Below, piece after piece: positions 48,793 through 59,268 of a DNA stretch of 64,000 nt. The notes under the pieces were generated by a model. It was not told the origin of the DNA and ran no database searches. It saw only the letters and a list, made by a program, of their open reading frames with translations. The DNA lies in IMG/VR virus record IMGVR_UViG_3300035682_000004; one strand, written 5' to 3'. Each line of letters begins with the position of its first letter. The first letter of the stretch is position 1. This stretch comes from a virus. Both the position numbers and the translations under genes were made by a program.

Positions 48793-50115
48793 ATGAAGAA
48801 AATTGTAATCGTTGGAGCTGGAGTAGCAGGCATTAATGCTGTAACTAAATTAGTAGATAATGGATATGATGGTAGTTTAATTACTATTATTGATATGGGT
48901 AAAGACCCATATAACCGCTTACCTGAAGAGGTAATGACAGGAATGTTAGGCGCTGGTGGATGGAGTGATGGTAAATTAACATATCATACAGCTATTGGTG
49001 GCCAATTAGCTAAATATACAGGCGAGGAAAAAGCAATGGAATTAATGGATCAAGTTATTACTAACTTTAAACGTTTCCACCCTAAACCTGAAGAAGTACA
49101 ATGCTCAAATCCAATTGCTGAACCAGATTTTATTAAACCACATTTCGGTTTACGTTTATTTCCGGTATGGCACGTTGGTACAGATTACCTATCTGAAATT
49201 GCTAAAAATTGGTACAATTATTTAGTGTCTAAAGGTGTTAAATTTATTTGGGAACATAAAGTAGAACAAATTGATTTCGAAAATAATTTAGTTTCATATT
49301 ATTGGAATAATGAAGCTGCTAAAGAAACCAAACATAAATACTATAATGAACTTATATTTGCTGTAGGTAAATCAGGTATTGATTTCGCTCAACAATTAGC
49401 TAATCAATATGAACTACCAGACGAGCCTAAATCAGTACAAATTGGAGTTCGATTTGAAGCCCCACAAGAACACTTTCAGAAATTAATTGATATTAGTTAC
49501 GATTTTAAATTGTATCGTAAATTTGATAATGGTGTTTCATTACGTTCATTTTGTACAAATAATAATGCGGCTTATGTAGCTGTAGAAGAAACATATGGTG
49601 ATGTTACTTACAATGGTCACGCTAAAAAAGATCCTAAATATTTAAATAGAATGACTAATTTTGGTATCATTATGGAAATTAAGGATATTGAAGATCCATT
49701 TAAATGGTGTAGAGAATTAGTAAATAAATTACAAATTAAACCTAACAATACCGGTTTATATTATTCACCTAATGGTACTCGTAATCCATCAACCACATCT
49801 GAAGGAACTCTTATTAATACAGCCCAAGTTGATGAGATTGGATTAAAAGATATAAAACAAGAATTTCAAGGATATTTCCAATACATTGAAGATTTTATTG
49901 AGGATATGAAAAAAGTATTTCCAACATTAGGTGATGATTGGGGAATTTACATACCAGAAGTAAAATATTTATCACCAGAACCATTAGTTAACTATACTAA
50001 TTTATCATTAACTAAATATCCAAATGTACATTTTGTTGGAGACGCATTAAGTGCAAGAGGTATAACAGTTAGTGGTGCACATGGTATTTATGTTGCCGAA
50101 TCATTATTAAAATAA
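48793..50115 (+). CDS. FAD-dependent oxidoreductase
   Basis: IVGAGVAG, GAGGWSDGKL, AVGKSG, IGVRFE, SFCTN..., FVGDA. Confidence 0.85.
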   Translation: MKKIVIVGAGVAGINAVTKLVDNGYDGSLITIIDMGKDPYNRLPEEVMTGMLGAGGWSDGKLTYHTAIGGQLAKYTGEEKAMELMDQVITNFKRFHPKPEEVQCSNPIAEPDFIKPHFGLRLFPVWHVGTDYLSEIAKNWYNYLVSKGVKFIWEHKVEQIDFENNLVSYYWNNEAAKETKHKYYNELIFAVGKSGIDFAQQLANQYELPDEPKSVQIGVRFEAPQEHFQKLIDISYDFKLYRKFDNGVSLRSFCTNNNAAYVAVEETYGDVTYNGHAKKDPKYLNRMTNFGIIMEIKDIEDPFKWCRELVNKLQIKPNNTGLYYSPNGTRNPSTTSEGTLINTAQVDEIGLKDIKQEFQGYFQYIEDFIEDMKKVFPTLGDDWGIYIPEVKYLSPEPLVNYTNLSLTKYPNVHFVGDALSARGITVSGAHGIYVAESLLK

Positions 50116-50116
50116 T

Positions 50117-50818
50117 ATGAAAACATTAGTAATGTCTGACCTACATATAGGTTCTAAAGGCTGTAATACTAAAGCCATCATAAACCTACTTAAAACTGTA
50201 GAATACGACCGCTTAATATTAGTAGGCGATATTATTGATGGGTGGTTATTCCAGCGTTATAAGAAGTTTAGCGCGGAACATAACAAAGTAATACGTAAGT
50301 TGTTTAAAATATCTAAAGAAAAAGAAATTATTTGGATATCAGGTAACCATGATGAATTCTTAAGAAAATACACACCTATGCAATTAGGTAATATTAAAAT
50401 AGTAGACGAATTTATTGAAGGTGGTATTTGGTTTTGTCATGGAGATAAATACGATGGTATTATTAAAATGCATTGGTTAGGTATGTTAGGTTCAATTGGT
50501 TATGATGCTGCTATTGTTATTGATAGACTATTAAAGAAAATTAATAAGAAAACAAGTTTATCTAAGTATTTAAAAGACAATGTTAAAGCTGCTGTTTCAT
50601 TTATGGTTGATTATGAGCATGAAATGATTAGACAAGCTAAAAAACGCAATTGCCATACTGTTATTTGTGGACATATTCACACACCAGCAGACAAAACTAT
50701 AGATAATATTAGGTATATCAATACAGGAGATTGGATTGAAAATCAATCATATGTATTATATGAACTATCTAATTATGAAATAGGTAGTGGAACCTTAAAA
50801 TTATACAATAATAACTAA
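50117..50818 (+). CDS. Calcineurin-like metallophosphoesterase, LpxH-like
   Basis: SDLH, GDIID, GNHD, HGD, GHIH, NTGDW. Confidence 0.8.
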   Translation: MKTLVMSDLHIGSKGCNTKAIINLLKTVEYDRLILVGDIIDGWLFQRYKKFSAEHNKVIRKLFKISKEKEIIWISGNHDEFLRKYTPMQLGNIKIVDEFIEGGIWFCHGDKYDGIIKMHWLGMLGSIGYDAAIVIDRLLKKINKKTSLSKYLKDNVKAAVSFMVDYEHEMIRQAKKRNCHTVICGHIHTPADKTIDNIRYINTGDWIENQSYVLYELSNYEIGSGTLKLYNNN

Positions 50819-50819
50819 T

Positions 50820-51149
50820 ATGGATTTATATACCGCAGGACTTCTACCAATGATATTTGGTGTTACTTTATCACTAGTGTTTGTTGGTGGATTAATTTGG
50901 TTTGTTAATTATAAAATTAGCGGACATTTATCACAAAAAGAATGGTTAACTAGATTTGTTGCTTTAATGTTAACAGCATTTTTAGGTTTATTTTTAGTTG
51001 ATAAGTTAGTGTCATTTAAAACACCTTTATTAACTCCGGAAATGAGTAATGGGTTATTTGAATTAATAAAAAATATTGTGTTGATTGTATTTGGATATCA
51101 ATTCCATACAGCCGATAAAGGTAAAGAAAATAAAGAAACTGAAGATTAA
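50820..51149 (+). CDS. Three-TM membrane protein
   Basis: Three hydrophobic helices. Confidence 0.7.
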   Translation: MDLYTAGLLPMIFGVTLSLVFVGGLIWFVNYKISGHLSQKEWLTRFVALMLTAFLGLFLVDKLVSFKTPLLTPEMSNGLFELIKNIVLIVFGYQFHTADKGKENKETED

Positions 51150-51159
51150 TGTTTATATA

Positions 51160-51483
51160 ATGTTAATAACAGATAAAGCTAGAGACAGAATAAAAGCAAT
51201 CAAATTAGAATCTAATTTTGATGAAACATACTTCCTCCGTGTATCAGTACAAGGAGGAGGTTGTTCTGGCTTATCTTATAAATTAGACTTTGACAATACT
51301 ATTAAATCAGGTGACCAGGAATTTGAAGATAACGGAGAAAAATTAGTGTTAGATATGAAATCATTCCTATATCTAGCGGGTACTGAACTTGATTTTTCAG
51401 ATGGGTTAAATGGTAAAGGATTTCAATTCAATAATCCAAATGCAACACGAACATGTGGATGTGGTGAAAGTTTTGCAGTATAA
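51160..51483 (+). CDS. iscA: Fe-S cluster carrier, IscA/HesB family
   Basis: GGGCSGLSY, NPNA..TCGCGESF; start corrected to 51160. Confidence 0.95.
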   Translation: MLITDKARDRIKAIKLESNFDETYFLRVSVQGGGCSGLSYKLDFDNTIKSGDQEFEDNGEKLVLDMKSFLYLAGTELDFSDGLNGKGFQFNNPNATRTCGCGESFAV

Positions 51484-51484
51484 G

Positions 51485-51516
51485 TTTGGCCTCCTACTAA
51501 TTGGATGTTATATTTA
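51485..51516 (+). promoter_or_regulatory. Host-type promoter
   Basis: TTTG-N20-TATATTTA. Confidence 0.8.
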
Positions 51517-51521
51517 ATTAT

Positions 51522-51773
51522 ATGGAAAATAAAAAATTTGAACCAACTAAAAAATTAACAAAAGCAGACGGAACAATCGCATATGTTTGGGAAGGTAAGT
51601 ACCATAACTGGGATGGACCAGCATTAATACCTCAAGGTGAAAGAAAAAAACGTGAGTATTATCTATATGGTATTAAATATACTGAAAAGTTATTTAAAGA
51701 ACATTGTAAACAACGTGAAGGTTTACCATGGTTCAAATCATCAACTGGCAATGCAGCTGGTTCTAGAGTTTAA
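51522..51773 (+). CDS. Small protein with an H-x-x-DGPA repeat unit
   Basis: GKYHNWDGPALI...EYYLYG. Confidence 0.7.
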   Translation: MENKKFEPTKKLTKADGTIAYVWEGKYHNWDGPALIPQGERKKREYYLYGIKYTEKLFKEHCKQREGLPWFKSSTGNAAGSRV

Positions 51774-51825
51774 ACAAATTAATTACAACTTGGTCTCATT
51801 AGAGATTTTACATACATTATAATAT

Positions 51826-52356
51826 ATGAAAATAGGTTTTTGTGGAACAATGAGTGTTGGTAAAACAACATTAGTAAAATCATTAGGTGAATTACCTGAA
51901 TTTAAAGACTACTATGTTACAACTGAACGTAGTAAATATTTAAAGGATTTAGGTATTCCATTAAATACTGATAGTACTTTAAATGGTCAAACTATATTTT
52001 TAGCGGAACGTGTTAGTGAATTAATGCGTCCTAAATTAATTACTGATAGAACAGTTATTGATGTTATAGCATTTGCTAAATGTGCTAAATCTATTAATGT
52101 TTTAGATAAAGAAGCGTTTGAAGATTATGCTAAATTATTTGTTAGTCAATATGATTATATATTTTATGTAAATCCTATTGGAACAGTTATGGAAAATAAC
52201 GGAGTACGTGAAACTGATAATGAGTTTAGAAAAACAATTGATTTCTTTATTCAAAGAATTGCTGATAGATATTCACATCGTATGAAAAATTTTGTAGAAA
52301 TTAGCGGAACTAATGAAGAACGTGTTAAAAAAGTTAAAGAGACAATATTTTCATAA
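51826..52356 (+). CDS. NadR/AAA_28-like P-loop nucleoside/nucleotide kinase
   Basis: GTMSVGKTT, ITDRTVID, YD.IFY, NGVR. Confidence 0.8.
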   Translation: MKIGFCGTMSVGKTTLVKSLGELPEFKDYYVTTERSKYLKDLGIPLNTDSTLNGQTIFLAERVSELMRPKLITDRTVIDVIAFAKCAKSINVLDKEAFEDYAKLFVSQYDYIFYVNPIGTVMENNGVRETDNEFRKTIDFFIQRIADRYSHRMKNFVEISGTNEERVKKVKETIFS

Positions 52357-52377
52357 TATTTATCAGAAAAATATAAC

Positions 52378-53448
52378 ATGAAAATCAAAGAATTTAAATC
52401 TTTTATACGTGAAGAAATTATTTCTACATTGTCAGAAAATATAGGAGTTAGAATACAAGGCAAATCAGGTAAAGAAACAGTAACTTCATTTAAAGATTTA
52501 GCAGATGCTAATAAATTTAGACAGGAAAATCCTAATATAACAAAAATTACACCATTAGAAGAAGATAATAATTTAACCCTATTACAACAAGCAGTATACG
52601 AGTTTGAATCAGAAGTATCTCCAAACCCAGATGAATTTATTGAGGATATTAAAAAATTAAATTCAGTTAAAGATGTTTATGATTATTATGCTACTAAAAG
52701 AGGATGGTTACAAGATAAAGATCTTAAATACTCTTTAAAAGAGTTACTTAAATATCTTGTAAAGAAAAAATTAACAACTACAGCTGAATTAAAACAATTA
52801 TTGCTTAATGAAGAAAATAATTTAAATGAAATGGCTGTATCTTATAATTTAAATGTAGATAAAGCTCAAGAGTTAAAAGATATAATTGATAAAGCTAAAG
52901 AAGGTAATACAAAAAAAGTATTAAACTATCTTTTAGATAAAGAAGTAATACCATCTATGAAAACTGTAGCTAATGATTTAGGTTTACCTGATTCAGCTAG
53001 TTTTAATACTCGTGCCTTTAGAGACTTTATGCTTATGTTAAAAGATAAAGGTATAGTATCAATGGGTGGAGCTGCTCCAAAAGCAGCAGCTGTTAAACCA
53101 TCTAAAGAAAAAATAGAAAAAACAGTTAAAGCGATAGAAAAAGATATGGAGACAGGTGAAGAAGAAGCAGACAACTACTATAAAGTAAGCGACGAAGATT
53201 CAGCACCAGATGAAACAGCTATTGATAAACAAGCAACTCAAAAAGCTAATAAATTAACTAAACGTACTTCTGAATTAGATATAAACTTAAAAAAGAAAAT
53301 TAAAATAGAAGCAGAAATTCAAGCATTACTTGATAAATATAAAGAGGCTAAAGGTGACGAAAAATCAAATTTAGCAGCTAAATTAAAAGAAAAAAACAAC
53401 GAAAAGAAAGAAGTAGAAGCTTTAATAAATACATTTGATGTTGTATAA
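52378..53448 (+). CDS. Modular head-associated protein (MKIKEFKSFIREE leader)
   Basis: LSE/LEE/LNE junctions; late promoter. Confidence 0.6.
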   Translation: MKIKEFKSFIREEIISTLSENIGVRIQGKSGKETVTSFKDLADANKFRQENPNITKITPLEEDNNLTLLQQAVYEFESEVSPNPDEFIEDIKKLNSVKDVYDYYATKRGWLQDKDLKYSLKELLKYLVKKKLTTTAELKQLLLNEENNLNEMAVSYNLNVDKAQELKDIIDKAKEGNTKKVLNYLLDKEVIPSMKTVANDLGLPDSASFNTRAFRDFMLMLKDKGIVSMGGAAPKAAAVKPSKEKIEKTVKAIEKDMETGEEEADNYYKVSDEDSAPDETAIDKQATQKANKLTKRTSELDINLKKKIKIEAEIQALLDKYKEAKGDEKSNLAAKLKEKNNEKKEVEALINTFDVV

Positions 53449-53785
53449 AGAAATTCTTAAATTTTTAGGATACATAGGATTAGTGTTATTAATTGTAAAT
53501 ATTCTTAACATTAATCCTAATTTCCGTTTGGCTAAAGAAAACGAAGCATTAAATAATAAAATAGATTCACTACAAGCAAATATTGACTCTACTAAAATTA
53601 AAATTGCCCAATTAGATTCAGTTGCTACTGTTTATAAAAAACAAGTAATTGAAAATAAAACCAAATTATCGGGTTTAAAATATAAAGCCGATTTATATAA
53701 AACTAAATACAATGAAGAACATAATCGTATTAATAACTTGTCTAATGATGCCCTTGTTAGTGAGTTCACAAACGCTTTCAACTGA
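53435..53785 (+). CDS. TM plus coiled-coil protein (spanin-like candidate)
   Basis: N-terminal TM, heptads; overlaps the next gene out of frame. Confidence 0.55.
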   Translation: MMLYKEILKFLGYIGLVLLIVNILNINPNFRLAKENEALNNKIDSLQANIDSTKIKIAQLDSVATVYKKQVIENKTKLSGLKYKADLYKTKYNEEHNRINNLSNDALVSEFTNAFN

Positions 53786-54122
53786 GGATTTAGTTACAGT
53801 TCCTGCTAAAACATTAAAAAACGCTTTAATTGTAAAAAATGAACGTGATTATCTTAAAAATCAAATCACAGTAGTTAGAGATTCAGTTAATATTTTAGTT
53901 ACAATTACAAATAATCAAGATTCTATTATAAAAAATCAAGACACATCAATTTCATTATATAAAAAAATTGATACAGATCGTCAAAAACAATTAGAATATA
54001 AAGATAATATTATTACTGATAAAGATAATATTATTACTGATTACCAAAACCAAATAAAAAAATTCAAATTAAAGTTTATAGTTAGTTCTATTGCTTTTGT
54101 TGGTATTTTACTAGTTATATGA
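53712..54122 (+). CDS. Signal peptide, coiled coil and C-terminal TM protein (spanin-like candidate)
   Basis: Same architecture as 9985-10431. Confidence 0.55.
   Translation: MKNIIVLITCLMMPLLVSSQTLSTEDLVTVPAKTLKNALIVKNERDYLKNQITVVRDSVNILVTITNNQDSIIKNQDTSISLYKKIDTDRQKQLEYKDNIITDKDNIITDYQNQIKKFKLKFIVSSIAFVGILLVI
53999..54040 (+). repeat. Perfect 21-bp tandem duplication (one heptad, KDNIITD x2)
   Basis: taaagataatattattactga twice. Confidence 0.95.
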
Positions 54123-55696
54123 GTCAAGACTTACGTGAAGTTATAAGACAGGAATATGTAAAATGTGCCTCTGATCCGGCTCATTTTATGAAGAAATACT
54201 GTTATATCCAACATCCTCAAAGAGGAAGAATCATGTTTAATCTATATCCATTCCAGGATAAAGTATTAAATTTATGGAAAGACAATCCATACAGTATAGT
54301 ACTTAAATCAAGACAATTAGGTATTTCAACACTATCTGCTGGTTATTCTTTATGGTTAATGTTATTCCATAAAGATAAAAACGTACTTTGTATTGCTACA
54401 AAGCAAGAAACCGCTAAAAACATGGTAACTAAGGTAAAATTTATGTATGAAAATTTACCATCATGGTTGAAAGTAACAGCGGATGAAAATAATAAACTTA
54501 CATTACGATTAAATAACGGATCTCAAATTAAAGCAGTATCAGCTGCTGGTGATGCAGGTAGATCTGAAGCTGTATCTTTGCTACTAATTGACGAGGCCGC
54601 ATTTATTGAAGGTATTGACACAATTTGGGCTTCTGCTCAACAAACCTTAGCTACAGGTGGTGGTGCTATTGTATTATCTACTCCTTATGGTACAGGTAAT
54701 TGGTTCCATCAAACATGGGTTAAGGCTGAAGCACAACAAAACGATTTCTTACCTATTAAATTACCTTGGTTTGTCCATCCTGAAAGAAATGAAGCATGGA
54801 GAAAAAAACAAGACGAATTATTAGGTGATCCTAGATTAGCATCTCAAGAGTGTGATTGTGATTTTAGTACTTCAGGAGATACAGTATTTTATTCAGAATG
54901 GATTGAATTTATATCTCAAACTACAATAAAAGAACCGCTAGAACGCCGCGGAGTTGACCGTAACTTATGGATATGGGAACCGGCGGACTACACTCAATCA
55001 TATATGGTTATAGCCGATGTAGCACGGGGTGACGGCAAGGATTTTTCCGCAGCTCATGTTATACATGTTGAATCAAATACACAAGTAGCAGAATATAAAG
55101 GTCAATTACCACCTAAAGAATTTGGATTTTTCTTAGTTGGCTTAGCTACAGAATACAATCAAGCTTTATTAGTAGTAGAAAATGCTAATATTGGTTGGTC
55201 AACATTAGACGCAGTTCAAGAACGTGGATATAAGAATTTATATTTTTCGCCTAAAAGTGATGCTGGAAATAATGCTGATGCTTATTTTGACCAATATATG
55301 GATAATTCAAAATTAGTACCTGGTTTTACAACATCACTGAAAACTCGTCCTTTAATAGTTAATAAATTTAGAGAGTATATAGGTGATAAAAGTGTTGTTA
55401 TTCAATCTAAACGTTTACTAGAAGAAATGAAAGTATTCATTTGGAAAAATGGTCGTCCTGAAGCACAATCAGGATACAATGATGACTTAATTATGAGTTT
55501 TGCAATTGGAATGTATTTAAGAGATACATCATTAAGATTTAAATCACAAAACCTAGAAATGTCTAGAGCAACATTAAGTAATATGTCTGTTAACAGAACA
55601 GGATTTACAGGTGCTTATGGTTCTAATGTTCCTAACCCATATAGTATAGAAAATGGTATGGGTGGAAATGAAGACATTAGTTGGTTAATACGATAA
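54119..55696 (+). CDS. terL: Terminase large subunit, T4 gp17-like
   Basis: LYPFQ, KSRQLGIST, LLIDEAAF, STPYG, ADVARG.GKD, NDDLIMS. Confidence 0.95.
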   Translation: MSQDLREVIRQEYVKCASDPAHFMKKYCYIQHPQRGRIMFNLYPFQDKVLNLWKDNPYSIVLKSRQLGISTLSAGYSLWLMLFHKDKNVLCIATKQETAKNMVTKVKFMYENLPSWLKVTADENNKLTLRLNNGSQIKAVSAAGDAGRSEAVSLLLIDEAAFIEGIDTIWASAQQTLATGGGAIVLSTPYGTGNWFHQTWVKAEAQQNDFLPIKLPWFVHPERNEAWRKKQDELLGDPRLASQECDCDFSTSGDTVFYSEWIEFISQTTIKEPLERRGVDRNLWIWEPADYTQSYMVIADVARGDGKDFSAAHVIHVESNTQVAEYKGQLPPKEFGFFLVGLATEYNQALLVVENANIGWSTLDAVQERGYKNLYFSPKSDAGNNADAYFDQYMDNSKLVPGFTTSLKTRPLIVNKFREYIGDKSVVIQSKRLLEEMKVFIWKNGRPEAQSGYNDDLIMSFAIGMYLRDTSLRFKSQNLEMSRATLSNMSVNRTGFTGAYGSNVPNPYSIENGMGGNEDISWLIR

Positions 55697-55723
55697 TATT
55701 TATAATTAATAACATATAATAAA

Positions 55724-57601
55724 ATGGCAGACAAAGGCTTATTTTCACGATTACAACGACTATTCTCTACTGATGTAGTGATGAGAAATCAGGGTGGTGA
55801 TCAATTAAAAGTAATGGACGTTAACACCATACAACAAACTGGTGATATCGCTACTAACTCATTAATGGATAGATATAATAGAATCTATTCAACTAATGCA
55901 TCTTCACTTTATGGAGCTCAATTAAATTTAAATTACCAATACTTACGTACCCAATTATATTCAGACTATGATATCATGGATCAGGATGCAATTGTTGGTT
56001 CAGCATTAGATATTGTAGCTGATGAATCTACATTAAAAGATGATATGGGTGAAGTATTATCTATTCGTTCATCAGACGAAAACATTCAAAGAATTTTATA
56101 TAACTTATTTTATGATGTATTAAACATTGAATTTAATTTATGGTCTTGGATTCGTCAAATGTGCAAATATGGTGACTTTTTCTTAAGATTAGAAATTGCT
56201 GAAAAATTTGGTGTATATAATGTTATTCCATACACAGCATATCATATTGAAAGACAAGAAAATTATGACAAAGACAAACCAGCATCTGTTCGTTTCCAAT
56301 TCAGACCTGAAGGATTTTTATCAGGTGATGGTTATTACAACACACCTAATTTAGGTCGTCAAAATGAACCAGGTATTTTCTTTGAAAACTATGAGGTAGC
56401 TCACTTTAGATTAATCACAGATGTTAACTATTTACCATATGGTAGATCTTATCTAGAACCAGCTCGTCGTTTATATAAACAATACGCATTAATGGAAGAT
56501 GCAATGTTAATCCATCGTGTAGTTCGTTCACCAGAAAAACGTACTTTCTTTATTAATGTTGGTTCTATCCCGCCTAATGAAGTTGAAGCATTTATGCAGA
56601 AAACTATTAGTTCAATGAAACGTACTCCATTAATGGATCAAAAGACAGGTGAATATAATGTTAAATATAATATGCAAAACTTACTAGAAGATTTTTATAT
56701 TCCAGTAAGAGGTAATGATCAGGCGACACGTATTGAAAATACTAAAGGTTTAGATTACGATGGTATTCAAGACGTTGCATATTTAAGAGATAAGTTATTC
56801 GCAGCATTAAAGGTACCTAAAGCATTTTTAGGTTACGATAAAGACTTACAAGGTAAAGCAACATTAGCAGCAGAAGATATTCGTTTTGCTCGTACAATCG
56901 ATCGTATTCAACGTATTACATTATCTGAATTATATAAAATTGCATTAGTACATTTATATGTTCAAGGTTATACTAACGATGAATTAACTAACTTTGAGTT
57001 ATCATTAACTACACCGTCTATTATATACGATCAAGAACGTATCATGTTAATGAAGGAAAAAGTTGATTTAGCTAAAAACATCATTGAAACTAAATTAATG
57101 CCTACTGATTGGGTTTATGACAATGTATTCAGATTCTCTGAAGATTCATATGATGAATATAGAGATATGATGATTGAAGATGCAAAACGTGAATTTAGAA
57201 TTGCACAAATTAGAGAAGAAGGTAATGACCCAGTAGAAACAGGTAAATCTTATGGTACACCACATGATTTAGCTAGTTTATATAGCAAAAACGGCGGACC
57301 AGAAGGTGAATTGCCACCAGGATATGACAATGATACACAATTAGGTCGTCCAAAAGAAAGAGTATCTAATATTAATACACAGGATAACGCATTAGGTCGC
57401 GATAGATTAGGTGTTAAAGATATGAAATCTGATGACCAATCAGGATATGGTAAATCAACAGCTAAACCATTTGCTTTAGAAAGTGCTAAATCAGCTTTTG
57501 CAAGAAATAAACGTTTGTTTGAACAAGTTGACAAAAAATTATGTCTTAGTCAAGAAAAACCAGGAGATTCGCTATTAGATGAATCCCAAATTAGAGAATA
57601 A
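55724..57601 (+). CDS. gp20: Portal protein, T4 gp20-like
   Basis: LMEDAMLIHR..RSPEKR.F.I.VG, EDFYIP.RG, ALKVPKAFL. Confidence 0.95.
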   Translation: MADKGLFSRLQRLFSTDVVMRNQGGDQLKVMDVNTIQQTGDIATNSLMDRYNRIYSTNASSLYGAQLNLNYQYLRTQLYSDYDIMDQDAIVGSALDIVADESTLKDDMGEVLSIRSSDENIQRILYNLFYDVLNIEFNLWSWIRQMCKYGDFFLRLEIAEKFGVYNVIPYTAYHIERQENYDKDKPASVRFQFRPEGFLSGDGYYNTPNLGRQNEPGIFFENYEVAHFRLITDVNYLPYGRSYLEPARRLYKQYALMEDAMLIHRVVRSPEKRTFFINVGSIPPNEVEAFMQKTISSMKRTPLMDQKTGEYNVKYNMQNLLEDFYIPVRGNDQATRIENTKGLDYDGIQDVAYLRDKLFAALKVPKAFLGYDKDLQGKATLAAEDIRFARTIDRIQRITLSELYKIALVHLYVQGYTNDELTNFELSLTTPSIIYDQERIMLMKEKVDLAKNIIETKLMPTDWVYDNVFRFSEDSYDEYRDMMIEDAKREFRIAQIREEGNDPVETGKSYGTPHDLASLYSKNGGPEGELPPGYDNDTQLGRPKERVSNINTQDNALGRDRLGVKDMKSDDQSGYGKSTAKPFALESAKSAFARNKRLFEQVDKKLCLSQEKPGDSLLDESQIRE

Positions 57602-57636
57602 TAATCCTTATATATTTATAATAAAACACTTTAGGA

Positions 57637-58491
57637 ATGATTGTTAAACATTCAAAATACAAGAATACTGGCATTTTATTTGAGCTTTTAGTTAGACAAA
57701 TCACGTCTGATACATTGTCAGGCGTAGACTCAAAAGCGGCAACTATTCTAAAAAAACACTTTGTAAAAACAGAGTTAGGAAAAGAGTATAAGTTATATGA
57801 AACGTTGTTAAACAACATTAGACTAAGCGAAGGCAAAGCAGATATCATTATTAATACTTTATTAGAAAGTGGTAAATATTTAAACAGATCAGCATTACGT
57901 CGTCAAAAATATAATTTAATTAAAGAAATTAAAGCAAATTATAACGTTGATGAATTTTTTAAAACTAAACTCCCTAATTACAAAACACAAGCAGCGTTCT
58001 ATACATTATTAGAAATGTATGATGGTATTAACCAACCAGAAGCTAATCAAGTAATCTCAAATAAATTAATTCTATTAGAACATTTAACTTCAGCACCACT
58101 TACAACAGTTGCTAAAGATACATTAATGGAAGAATTTAAGTCATACGATAAAGATATTCGTATGTTAACTTATAGAGCGTTATTAGAAAAATTTAATTCT
58201 AAATACGCTAATTTAAATGAAGGACAAAAATCAGTATTAAAAGAATTTATCAATAGTGTTGATAATCCATCTAAATTAAAAGATTTTTACAATACTAAAG
58301 TAACAGAAATTAAATCTGACTTAACTAAATTAAATAAAAAAGTTAAAGACAAGACAACTCAAATTAAAATTAATGAGGTGTCTAATATTTTAGTTACATT
58401 AGAAAAAAATGACAAAATTAGTAATGATGATATGACTAATTTACTTCATTACTATGAATTACTAGAAGAATTACATAAAGTAAATGGATAA
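57637..58491 (+). CDS. Conserved head-assembly protein
   Basis: KHSKYKNTGILFELL; located between portal and protease; late promoter. Confidence 0.6.
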   Translation: MIVKHSKYKNTGILFELLVRQITSDTLSGVDSKAATILKKHFVKTELGKEYKLYETLLNNIRLSEGKADIIINTLLESGKYLNRSALRRQKYNLIKEIKANYNVDEFFKTKLPNYKTQAAFYTLLEMYDGINQPEANQVISNKLILLEHLTSAPLTTVAKDTLMEEFKSYDKDIRMLTYRALLEKFNSKYANLNEGQKSVLKEFINSVDNPSKLKDFYNTKVTEIKSDLTKLNKKVKDKTTQIKINEVSNILVTLEKNDKISNDDMTNLLHYYELLEELHKVNG

Positions 58492-59029
58492 TTTAAAACG
58501 TATTATTAAAGATACATTAAAAAAGATATCTGAAGAGTCAGGCACAGGAGGTGGAGCATCAGCTGGTGCTTTTAGCCCAGGTGAAGGACCACAAACAGCA
58601 GAAAAAGTAAAAAAAGAAGGAACCGATGCTGCTTATAAAAAAAATACTAATTCTAAAGGTACAACAAATAATATTTATGTTAAAAACTTTAAATATAAGT
58701 TAGTTAACCAAAAAGCATTAAATAAACAGGCAAAGGGAATTGAAGTTAAACAAATGTGGAAAGAAAATGTAAACGAAGCACAATTAGATGTAGACGCTTA
58801 TATTGATTCTTTAAACATAGATAAACCAGAATTAAAAACATTTATCAAATCTAGATTAGAAGGATTTGATACATTAGAACAAAAATTAAACGAATTATTA
58901 CCATTATTACAAAACGCAAAACAAAAAACATTAGATTACTATAAAAATAATCCTAATTTTAATGTATTATATGGTACTGATTTAGCAAACGATTATTTAA
59001 ACGACTTAATAAACTTATTTAAAGACTAA
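58484..59029 (+). CDS. Head-associated protein (MDNLKRIIKD leader)
   Basis: ISE| and VNE| junctions. Confidence 0.55.
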   Translation: MDNLKRIIKDTLKKISEESGTGGGASAGAFSPGEGPQTAEKVKKEGTDAAYKKNTNSKGTTNNIYVKNFKYKLVNQKALNKQAKGIEVKQMWKENVNEAQLDVDAYIDSLNIDKPELKTFIKSRLEGFDTLEQKLNELLPLLQNAKQKTLDYYKNNPNFNVLYGTDLANDYLNDLINLFKD

Positions 59030-59030
59030 T

Positions 59031-59255
59031 ATGGCAAATATACCTGTTAACACAACCGGAATAGTAACTACAACATCAATCACTGGTTCATACGCTGGCT
59101 TTACAGTAGTATCAGGCTCAGCTACCTTCACTGGTATAAAAGATTTTAATGGAAATTCATTAACAACTCCTTGGGTTGTACCTGCAGGATTTACTGTACC
59201 TATTTATGTAACTAGCGCTTCTTTATCTTCAGGAGCAGTATTATTTTACAATTAA
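59031..59255 (+). CDS. Small Ser/Thr/Gly-rich beta protein (candidate capsid decoration)
   Basis: 74 aa, almost uncharged; TGS, SGS and SAS motifs. Confidence 0.55.
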   Translation: MANIPVNTTGIVTTTSITGSYAGFTVVSGSATFTGIKDFNGNSLTTPWVVPAGFTVPIYVTSASLSSGAVLFYN

Positions 59256-59268
59256 TAACTCATTATAA

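Noticed and set aside
54119-57601. Introns or inteins in TerL and portal
   Set aside because: Both ORFs are continuous, of ordinary length, and lack intein motifs.
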